Below the pieces are notes generated by a model. The model worked only from the letters and a program-made list of their open reading frames with translations, did no database searches and was not told the origin of the DNA. A stretch of DNA of 35,472 nt from a virus. Lineage: Duplodnaviria > Heunggongvirae > Uroviricota > Caudoviricetes. Positions 1-6,423 of this stretch are shown here, piece after piece. The position numbers and the translations under genes were made by a program. Within the stretch, counting starts at the first letter, position 1. Each line of letters begins with the position of its first letter. Location: positions 1-35,472 of IMG/VR virus record IMGVR_UViG_3300023181_000027; one strand, written 5' to 3'.

Positions 1-769
1 CATTGAATGTTTCTTCTAATGCCATTAATAATTTCTGTAGATCCCCCATGTAAAAACCAGCGCAATTAACACAGTTGATCTCTACAATTCTCCAGCCATC
101 TGGTGTCAAGCAAATATCCATCACAAAAGCAGGCGCCACTTGATACAAGCTGACCATCTGTTTTGCAAAGTCCAATCCTTCTTGGCTAACCTCAGGTTCA
201 AATACGTAGTTGTTATGGAATTGGTAGTAAGAATGTGTAACTATCTTACCATTAACGATCCATATCCTAGCCTCCTTGTAGATTTTCTTCTTCTCGCCAA
301 CTTGAATCGTGCCACTAGCATCAACATGAGATTGCTCCATGTATTTTAATACACTAGTTTGTGTGTCCTCCCATTTAACTTGAGAGAACAACTGACCATT
401 GAACAATTTGCTATCCTTTGTTGGACGAATGAATTTAACTTCATTTGGCTGCCATTCTAAAATGTCAGAGATATTGTGAATCTTACAATCACCATTAAGT
501 AAGTTGTCTTTGTAATACTGTCTATAAACTTCAAAGTCGTGTGCGCCGCCATAAAAGCTGCCTGGCTTAAAGCTTTCTCTTGCAGCTAATCTTGCCATCT
601 TAACACTACCAAAGCAGAAGACATCCTTTCTTTGAGTGTTGAATGCGAGCTCAGTTGTGAAAGGTGGACACTGAATCACTTCATAATCCAACCCTAACTT
701 ATCCAGACTATTCATTAATGTCATTTCGTTAACTTCACGGAATACACTTTGTTCAATTAGGTAAAACAT
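1..769 (-). CDS. ATP-grasp domain protein (R2K/DUF4343-like), 3' end runs off the window
   Basis: Translated by hand (absent from the ORF track): MFYLIEQSVFRE...FIRPTKDSKLFNG...EARIWIVNGKIVTHSYY...AFVMDICLTPDGWRIVEINCVNCAGFY, which matches phage ATP-grasp motifs. Confidence 0.78.
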   Translation of the reverse strand, partial: MFYLIEQSVFREVNEMTLMNSLDKLGLDYEVIQCPPFTTELAFNTQRKDVFCFGSVKMARLAARESFKPGSFYGGAHDFEVYRQYYKDNLLNGDCKIHNISDILEWQPNEVKFIRPTKDSKLFNGQLFSQVKWEDTQTSVLKYMEQSHVDASGTIQVGEKKKIYKEARIWIVNGKIVTHSYYQFHNNYVFEPEVSQEGLDFAKQMVSLYQVAPAFVMDICLTPDGWRIVEINCVNCAGFYMGDLQKLLMALEETFN

Positions 770-772
770 AAT

Positions 773-1549
773 TTAAAATCTTTCATTAAACGCTTTCAGT
801 ACGTATAGCATATCTGGAGTAATCATGTGTTCTACATAACCAGCCATTTTACTATCCATACCACCTCTATGTGCATTAGCCAACTCTGCCGCCATGCTAG
901 CAACTGTATCGCAATCTCCGCCTATACTAACAGCATTACGAATTGCTCCTTCAATATCATCGCTATCTAAGAAACAACGAGCTGCCTGAGGGACTGTATA
1001 ATCACAGCTCACTTTAAACTTATCGTACCTAGTTAATTGCCAAGGGAATAATAGACCATACCAAGCTCTACAGAAGCGTTCGTACTCTTCTTTGTCTTTC
1101 ATTTCGTTCAATGCGCCAATACTACTTACAATAAACTTTGCAGCTTTAATAGCTTGTGGGTTATCGTGAGAGGATTTGGCAGATAGTGTAGCTTCGTCTT
1201 GAGCATAACCGACGTCATAAATAGCATAACCAATAGGTGATACCCGCATGGCAGCGCCATTACCAAAGCTATCGTTGCTGGTAAAATCTGGTCTATGAAG
1301 CCACTCTTTAAATAACTTACCATAGTAGTCACCAAAGTGCTTCATGCCCCAGTACTTATACTCGACTGTGTAATTAGAATTGTTTAGGAGTTTTGACATC
1401 GTAGCGATTGTCATGATGGTATCATCAGTGAAGTGTTCGTCCTTGTTAAAGAACTTGAAATTCTTCGTGTAGATTGGGTTCATTTCGTAAGGGGAACCAA
1501 TTATGTCGCCGAGGATGGCTCCATACCCTTTGTGTTTGTTCTTTTCCAT
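773..1549 (-). CDS. ADP-ribosylglycohydrolase (DraG/ARH family)
   Basis: Motifs GAILGDIIG, FTDDT, SFGNGAAMRVSP, GGDCDT. Confidence 0.9.
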   Translation of the reverse strand: MEKNKHKGYGAILGDIIGSPYEMNPIYTKNFKFFNKDEHFTDDTIMTIATMSKLLNNSNYTVEYKYWGMKHFGDYYGKLFKEWLHRPDFTSNDSFGNGAAMRVSPIGYAIYDVGYAQDEATLSAKSSHDNPQAIKAAKFIVSSIGALNEMKDKEEYERFCRAWYGLLFPWQLTRYDKFKVSCDYTVPQAARCFLDSDDIEGAIRNAVSIGGDCDTVASMAAELANAHRGGMDSKMAGYVEHMITPDMLYVLKAFNERF

Positions 1550-1592
1550 TATTCTAGCGAGTACATAACTCTCTGTCTTTGTTGTAAATCTG

Positions 1593-2015
1593 TCATTTTA
1601 AAAATGTTAACTTGTAAATAGTACCATCTAAAGCAGTTATAACATTGTCTAGTTCATTATGAACATTACTCATCTCTTTCGAAATGATATCATATCTACT
1701 ATCTATGATCATCTTTCTCAAACCTTTAAGGTATTCTAATGGTTTAAGTGTTAAACCATAGCTCATTGCTGAAGAATCATAATTAACGATCTTCTCTGTA
1801 GCTCCTTGATAAGTTTCTATAACACTATCAGCTAACTCTGGAAGCTCTTTATATAAACCATCAAGCGCTATGTGCTGGGCAAAAGAAGATTCGCCTGTAG
1901 TTTGTAGATGTTTAATATGAGTCATAGCTGAAGCTGTTATGAGTAGTGTGAAAAAGTAAGGAGCTTTCACTTTATCCAATTTTGGTTTAGGTATTGGTAC
2001 CAACGGTGTTGCCAT
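1593..2015 (-). CDS. ferritin-like phage protein (DUF5856-like)
   Basis: H-x2-HL..S.AQH.AL..LY..L..LAD..IE.YQG pattern; start moved to MATPLV because the upstream extension of the tracked ORF is tRNA-Ser. Confidence 0.6.
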   Translation of the reverse strand: MATPLVPIPKPKLDKVKAPYFFTLLITASAMTHIKHLQTTGESSFAQHIALDGLYKELPELADSVIETYQGATEKIVNYDSSAMSYGLTLKPLEYLKGLRKMIIDSRYDIISKEMSNVHNELDNVITALDGTIYKLTFLK

Positions 2016-2029
2016 ATTATTAAATTTAG

Positions 2030-2116
2030 AGGAAGATGAGGGGATCGAACCCTCGCACCGCATTTCAGCGATGTACGGTTTAGCAAACCGCTGACTTACC
2101 ACTCGCCCAATCTTCC
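2030..2116 (-). tRNA. tRNA-Ser(GCT)
   Basis: Acceptor GGAAGAT/ATCTTCC, anticodon arm GCGGT-TT-GCT-AA-ACCGT, long variable arm, TTCGA T-loop. Confidence 0.92.
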
Positions 2117-2149
2117 TATATTAATCATCATTTTTTAAGTTTACACTAT

Positions 2150-2368
2150 GTCCGACTTTTCAGTTATATACGTTGTTATGCTAATGACCTCTTTTCCGAG
2201 CGGGCCACAGGGACTTCGTTCCCTCAGTAACAGGCTAGTGAGACCTGATGCATTACGTACTACTATTCGTCAATTGTTATGGGTTGTATAGGCTAAATCT
2301 TGTAAGTTGCTCCGCGTGAGGACCTTCCTCACTTCAGTACTACGTTCAACGTCCTCCTATAAGAACGT
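2150..2368 (-). ncRNA. candidate multi-domain structured ncRNA between two tRNA-Ser genes
   Basis: No ORF; helices ACGTTG/CAACGT, ACGTAGTACT/AGTAGTACGT, GTGAGG/CCTCAC, CAGG/CCTG, AGGGA/TCCCT, TGGCC/GGTCA. Confidence 0.45.
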
Positions 2369-2372
2369 TTAG

Positions 2373-2465
2373 AGGTGGGTGTGAGATTCGAACTCACGAG
2401 AGCTAGTCACCTAGCCCTGACAGTTTTCAAGACTGTTCCGATAAACCAGACTCCGGCAACCCACC
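2373..2465 (-). tRNA. tRNA-Ser(TGA)
   Basis: GGTGGGT/ACCCACC, ACAGT-CT-TGA-AA-ACTGT, long variable arm. Confidence 0.92.
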
Positions 2466-2843
2466 TTTTCTATGACTCCTTGCAGAGTTTTTGTTTTTAG
2501 ATTTATAAGTCTCTAATTGCGAGTCACAATTATGACAGATTAACCTTAAATTACTTCTCACATTGTTTGCAGCATTCCCATCAATATGATCTAATATGAA
2601 ATTAAGTGGCTTATTATTCCACTCTCTATCTACACTACAAATTGCACAGCTATTATTTTGAGATTCATACAAATATGCTCTTATAGGTCCTCTTAAGGTA
2701 GTAGAAGTACCACAAGAAGTGTCTCCGGTATTCAACCATTTATCTACTTTTAATTTATCTTCATTATCACGGTAACACTTTTGGCATAAACCAGATATGT
2801 TACCGTGAGATACCTTCTTAGAACATACTTTACATTGTTTCAT
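2427..2843 (-). CDS. HNH endonuclease (free-standing, homing-type)
   Basis: CAIC...LDHIDGN..NN...NLRLICHNC motif; N-terminal CxxC; C-terminus runs into tRNA-Ser(TGA). Confidence 0.82.
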   Translation of the reverse strand: MKQCKVCSKKVSHGNISGLCQKCYRDNEDKLKVDKWLNTGDTSCGTSTTLRGPIRAYLYESQNNSCAICSVDREWNNKPLNFILDHIDGNAANNVRSNLRLICHNCDSQLETYKSKNKNSARSHRKGGLPESGLSEQS

Positions 2844-2885
2844 TTTTACTTTCTCCGCACTATCTGCGGTGAATAAGTGTTGTAT

Positions 2886-3398
2886 TTACCGCAGTAATTC
2901 TTCTAACCTAGTACTATCACTAATGATAGTAATCAAAGCTAATTCTTTTTCTCTCATCATACCTTCCACTGCACGGTAAATAGGTCTCCAGTGATCTCCC
3001 ACAAGTATTAACTTTGGTGGGTTCTTTAACTTCCTAATCACATCTAATACAGTGAACACCTCTGATAATGTACCAATTCCACCTCTACAGGCAATGTAAA
3101 CATCAACACCTTCAATCAGATAACGTAGACGATCGTAGATGTCATCAGCTGCAATACAGGTGGTAAGATATTCATTACCTTCAATAGAGGGAAACGTTTT
3201 ACAAGTGTAACCTATAGCGGTACTTTCTTTGTTAGCTCCTTTACTTACTGCTTCCATAATACCACGGTATCCACCGTTAACTACTATGTACTTATTTCTA
3301 CCCAGTATTTCACCGATCTTAACTGCATCGATATACTCTGGTGTTGTTGTGTCATTAATTGCGCCTCCGAATACAGAAGCAAACTTTCCTTTTAACAT
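2886..3398 (-). CDS. LOG/SLOG family nucleotide phosphoribohydrolase
   Basis: VFGG...VVNGGYRGIMEAVSKGA...GGIGTLSE motifs. Confidence 0.85.
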   Translation of the reverse strand: MLKGKFASVFGGAINDTTTPEYIDAVKIGEILGRNKYIVVNGGYRGIMEAVSKGANKESTAIGYTCKTFPSIEGNEYLTTCIAADDIYDRLRYLIEGVDVYIACRGGIGTLSEVFTVLDVIRKLKNPPKLILVGDHWRPIYRAVEGMMREKELALITIISDSTRLEELLR

Positions 3399-3414
3399 AG
3401 ATCTAATTTTTAAG

Positions 3415-3552
3415 CTGTGTAGGCAGGATTCGAACCTGCATATAGCACTTGTCGGTCTTTGTATTATGCAATTAAACTCACACTTTACTCTCGACTTGCT
3501 TCCCTACGTCTATTTTTATTTAGATGTGTCTGCACCATTCCACCACTACACA
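3415..3552 (-). ncRNA. tRNA-like RNA B with about 70-nt structured insertion
   Basis: Acceptor TGTGTAG/CTACACA plus G73-C, D-arm GTG/CAC, T-arm GCAGG-TTCGAAT-CCTGC; 8-nt loop instead of an anticodon loop; insert with AGCA/TGCT and GTCG/CGAC stems. Confidence 0.65.
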
Positions 3553-3555
3553 GTG

Positions 3556-3662
3556 CTCACAAGGATAGATTCGAACTACCATTCCATTTTCCCGAGACAG
3601 GTAGTTAATGGATAACTATCACCATTACTGATGGGTTGCGTTTGCCGTTTCGCCACATGTGA
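3556..3662 (-). ncRNA. tRNA-like RNA A with non-canonical anticodon arm and expanded variable region
   Basis: Acceptor TCACATG/CTTGTGA plus G73-C, Leu/Ser-type D-arm GGCGAAACGGCAAACGC, T-arm GGTAG-TTCGAAT-CTATC. Confidence 0.62.
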
Positions 3663-3683
3663 GTATTAGAGGGCATTTCACCC

Positions 3684-3770
3684 TTAAAGTTCTTTCTCTT
3701 CTCGTTTAGATTCACGGTAACCATATATAGCCATGATTACACCACCTATAAATAATAATATTGCAGCCAT
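3684..3770 (-). CDS. small membrane protein (28 aa)
   Basis: MAAILLFIGGVIMAIYGYRESKREEKEL; start overlaps the stop of the upstream ORF. Confidence 0.5.
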   Translation of the reverse strand: MAAILLFIGGVIMAIYGYRESKREEKEL

Positions 3771-4084
3771 TACTTGTTGAACCAAACCACATGTGTGTAC
3801 ATTGGATCTACTTCATCAAGATTGTATAGATCAGCATACTCTCTACTCATAAATGTTGCTGTGGCTAGATATCCGTGACCATCATCGTCTATGAAACCAC
3901 CACTTTCTACACACTCTTTGAATTCTTCTATTGGCATGTGATCACCGTAATCTGGTATATTACGTACCGTTTTTGATTGTACTTTAGTGTAGGCTCTATC
4001 AGCCTCTTCGTAATGCTTCTTTGCTAACTGCAAATTGATTCTTGCTTGCTCTCTTTTATTTGCAGCTTGTTCTAACTCATCCAT
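3770..4084 (-). CDS. hypothetical phage protein
   Basis: ORF in co-oriented, tightly packed gene run. Confidence 0.7.
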   Translation of the reverse strand: MDELEQAANKREQARINLQLAKKHYEEADRAYTKVQSKTVRNIPDYGDHMPIEEFKECVESGGFIDDDGHGYLATATFMSREYADLYNLDEVDPMYTHVVWFNK

Positions 4085-4087
4085 ATA

Positions 4088-4480
4088 TCATTCAATTATA
4101 AAATCCAACTTGACTCTCGAGACATTCTGTTTATAAGTGTAGTCTTCTGCGTATCCGATTCGTTTAAGAAAGCGCCAGTAATCACCACCCTTATAACGTG
4201 AGCTTACTTTGTCTTTATACCAGCAGATACACTCATCAACACTATCAAACTTCATTAACTTACCTTTTCTCCTCAATCCTAAGTAGTTGTTTTTACGGAT
4301 TGCGGGTTTGTACTTAAAGTTTGTACTTTCGTGTACTGCCTGTTGCAGTACGATCTTAGGATGCGGGATACCCGCTTTAACGATTTTATCATAAACCTGT
4401 TTCTGATTTACACGCTTGTTTTGTCCAATACACACAATGCTTAGCATCAGGAGTATTGTTAGTACCAATGTTTTCTTCAT
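4088..4480 (-). CDS. GH73/glucosaminidase-like peptidoglycan hydrolase with N-terminal signal peptide
   Basis: MKKTLVLTILLMLSIVCIG signal; QAVHES catalytic Glu, NNYLGL, GYAED..Y motifs. Confidence 0.75.
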   Translation of the reverse strand: MKKTLVLTILLMLSIVCIGQNKRVNQKQVYDKIVKAGIPHPKIVLQQAVHESTNFKYKPAIRKNNYLGLRRKGKLMKFDSVDECICWYKDKVSSRYKGGDYWRFLKRIGYAEDYTYKQNVSRVKLDFIIE

Positions 4481-4513
4481 TAATTACTTTTATGTTTACA
4501 TTCTGTTAATTAG

Positions 4514-4598
4514 TGGACGCGCGAGGAGTCGAACCTCGCATTATTCATATTTCAATTGAACTTCACAGTTCAATTCCCTCAGCCAGAGCGCCACGCCC
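4514..4598 (-). ncRNA. tRNA-like RNA G: Ala-identity acceptor with GNRA-capped helix instead of anticodon arm
   Basis: GGGCGTG/CGCGTCC with G3-U70, A73; T-arm CGAGG-TTCGACT-CCTCG; perfect AATTGAACT-GTGA-AGTTCAATT hairpin. Confidence 0.7.
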
Positions 4599-4652
4599 AT
4601 TAGGCTTTTAAGCCAGTACGCCTATACAGGTTTGGAAGCTGCATTTCGATTG

Positions 4653-4764
4653 TAAGTAAAAAGAGATTCGAACTCTCAATTTCAGCTATTCTCCTATCAC
4701 CCAGGTCTCTGATATTCACTGATGGCCCCTTATAGGCTGTATTTACCGATTCTACTATTTACTC
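4653..4764 (-). ncRNA. tRNA-like RNA F with long irregular helix replacing anticodon arm
   Basis: GAGTAAA/TTTACTT plus A73-C, D-arm GTA/TAC, T-arm GAGAG-TTCGAAT-CTCTT; central CAGC/GCTG and CCTAT/ATAGG. Confidence 0.62.
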
Positions 4765-4765
4765 G

Positions 4766-4885
4766 CGGAAGTGATCGGAATCGAACCGACACAGTACCAG
4801 GGACTTACATGGTCTACCAAAGTTATATCCGATTCGAACGGAGCCTCTCGCCAACAAGTAACTTCTACCATTAATGTACACTTCC
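4766..4885 (-). ncRNA. tRNA-like RNA E with a nested second T-arm module
   Basis: GGAAGTG/CACTTCC plus G73-C, terminal T-arm GTCGG-TTCGATT-CCGAT; internal AAGTTA/TAACTT stem enclosing TCCG-TTCGAAT-CGGA. Confidence 0.65.
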
Positions 4886-4889
4886 ATTG

Positions 4890-4962
4890 GGGTGAAGAGA
4901 GGATTCGAACCTCTGCCAATCATATCTTATACTACTGCACAACCAGCCATGCTCCATCACCC
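4890..4962 (-). ncRNA. tRNA-like RNA D: His-type G-1:C73 acceptor, degenerate anticodon arm
   Basis: G-GGTGATG/CTTCACC-C, D-arm GCAT/GTGC, T-arm AGAGG-TTCGAAT-CCTCT; anticodon stem poorly paired. Confidence 0.55.
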
Positions 4963-4968
4963 ATATAG

Positions 4969-5025
4969 TTGCAAGGGAAGGAATCGAACCTCCGCACATC
5001 CGAACTACCACTATTCTACCTTGCT
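4969..5025 (-). ncRNA. mini tRNA-like RNA C lacking the anticodon arm
   Basis: GCAAGG/CCTTGC, D-arm GAA-TAGTGGTAG-TTC, 8-nt linker, T-arm GGAGG-TTCGATT-CCTTC; 57 nt total. Confidence 0.68.
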
Positions 5026-5051
5026 ATTTGAGCTTTTACACTCAAACTTCT

Positions 5052-5240
5052 TTAACAAGACCAATCACAACTAGTCTGACCATAGGATGCGTATTCACAA
5101 CATCTACCATCAAATTCGTTTAGTTTTACTTGTCGTTCTTTCTTTTGTAAGCGTTTAACTTTACGTTTATACCTTCTCACTTGTATTCTACGTAAACCTT
5201 CAAGCTTGTACAAAGCTTCTATTTCTTTATTCTTTGCCAT
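5052..5240 (-). CDS. hypothetical basic protein
   Basis: ORF only. Confidence 0.5.
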   Translation of the reverse strand: MAKNKEIEALYKLEGLRRIQVRRYKRKVKRLQKKERQVKLNEFDGRCCEYASYGQTSCDWSC

Positions 5241-5428
5241 TTCAAGTCTTTCATTTTTAATGTTTCCAACATGTGTGTAATAGCCGCTTGGTTACAACCT
5301 CTCCAAACACCATCTTTACAAAGATACGTAAATTCTAATTGGATCTTACCATCTTTTCTGCTTTCTGTGTCTACTTCTACGGAAGATATGTCCTCGTTCA
5401 TATGGGTATCTTTCTTTAAATTGTGCAA
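5219..5428 (-). CDS. hypothetical protein
   Basis: ORF only; ends in TAG. Confidence 0.45.
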   Translation of the reverse strand: MHNLKKDTHMNEDISSVEVDTESRKDGKIQLEFTYLCKDGVWRGCNQAAITHMLETLKMKDLKWQRIKK

Positions 5429-5561
5429 ATGTTAATATAGCAGCACCTCTTTTAATTGATCTATCAAAGTTAGGTTCCCATCTGGGCGTAAACCAGTGAG
5501 AATCGTCATAAGAAGACTTCTCAACTACTCCTAACTCTTGCTCACTAATTGGAACTTTCAT
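5346..5561 (-). CDS. hypothetical protein
   Basis: ORF only; overlaps the next ORF by about 80 nt. Confidence 0.45.
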   Translation of the reverse strand: MKVPISEQELGVVEKSSYDDSHWFTPRWEPNFDRSIKRGAAILTFAQFKERYPYERGHIFRRSRHRKQKRW

Positions 5562-5598
5562 AATGTATTTGTGTTATGCTCCAACACTACATTGTGTG

Positions 5599-5672
5599 TA
5601 CCCCTAGTCGGATTCGAACCGACACTTTTACGCTTCTAAGGCGTATGCGTCTACCAGTTGCGCCATAGGGGC
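5599..5672 (-). tRNA. tRNA-Leu(TAG), short variable loop
   Basis: GCCCCTA/TAGGGGT, TACGC-CT-TAG-AA-GCGTA, variable region only AAAGT. Confidence 0.88.
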
Positions 5673-5687
5673 GTATACCAGCTGATA

Positions 5688-6008
5688 TTATTCACTATAA
5701 CAACATTCAGCAGTTTCTATTTTAGGTGGACAATAACTAGCCCACTTTGCTAACTTTTTATTTAACACTTCAAGGATATCCATCCTTTCAACTTCAGGAT
5801 TGTCAACGAAGATTAAGTCTAATGCTGTAATAATAACATCCACGCACTCTCCTGTTACTCCATCTTTACCGGGTTGTCTACGTTGATAGCCTTCTTTAAT
5901 GCCAACCTCTTGAGCTAGCTCACCAACTTCTTCCATCATCTTAGAAAGTACATCATACCTAGTTCTAAATGGAGCAATCTTACTAACCTTTAATACTTCC
6001 TTTATCAT
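5688..6008 (-). CDS. MazG-like nucleotide pyrophosphohydrolase
   Basis: KMMEEVGELAQEV...GECVDVII motif (EExGE...ExxD). Confidence 0.82.
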   Translation of the reverse strand: MIKEVLKVSKIAPFRTRYDVLSKMMEEVGELAQEVGIKEGYQRRQPGKDGVTGECVDVIITALDLIFVDNPEVERMDILEVLNKKLAKWASYCPPKIETAECCYSE

Positions 6009-6009
6009 C

Positions 6010-6135
6010 TTACCTACCTTTTATCAGATCCACAATTCTCATGAATCCTTCCATTACCAAAGCTATAAGTGCACTAAAGCTACCTACAGCAATCCCAATT
6101 AGCCCTAAGACTAATAACAATACTAACGCTATCAT
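6010..6135 (-). CDS. small membrane protein (41 aa)
   Basis: MIALVLLLVLGLIGIAVGSFSALIALVMEGFMRIVDLIKGR. Confidence 0.55.
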   Translation of the reverse strand: MIALVLLLVLGLIGIAVGSFSALIALVMEGFMRIVDLIKGR

Positions 6136-6155
6136 TTTCTCTCTCCTTTTGTTTG

Positions 6156-6228
6156 TGGGGAACCCCGGTTATGATCCGGGTCCTCCAGTTTTTCAGACTG
6201 GCGCTTCTACCAAGTTAGCTTGCTCCCC
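6156..6228 (-). tRNA. tRNA-Phe(GAA)
   Basis: CCAGT-CT-GAA-AA-ACTGG; variant T-loop ATCATAA. Confidence 0.88.
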
Positions 6229-6240
6229 TTGTAAAGAACC

Positions 6241-6423
6241 CTACTTTAAGGGTTCTATATATTCTCTACACATTCTTACTTCAACATAGCTGTCATCCTC
6301 ATAGAATGTATAAGCTGGTCTACCAGTGATTGGATGTATAATTTCACTCTTCACTGTATTCACTTTGAAGGTACTTTTAAAGGGCTTACCTGTATCCTTC
6401 TTAACTTTTAAACCGTCGATCAT
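6241..6423 (-). CDS. hypothetical phage protein
   Basis: ORF, coupled to upstream gene. Confidence 0.65.
   Translation of the reverse strand: MIDGLKVKKDTGKPFKSTFKVNTVKSEIIHPITGRPAYTFYEDDSYVEVRMCREYIEPLK

Noticed and set aside
2150-2368. RNase P RNA (GAGGAAGGTCC resembles the conserved GAGGAAAGUCC; a GGAC lies near the 3' end)
   Set aside because: The motif is sequestered in a GTGAGG/CCTCAC hairpin, P4 would have only 4 bp and there is no convincing P3 or CR-V. A cmscan would settle it.
4514-5025. CRISPR array or full-length tmRNA
   Set aside because: The recurring TTCGA words are T-loops, not identical direct repeats with spacers. There is no tag reading frame or pseudoknot series long enough for tmRNA.
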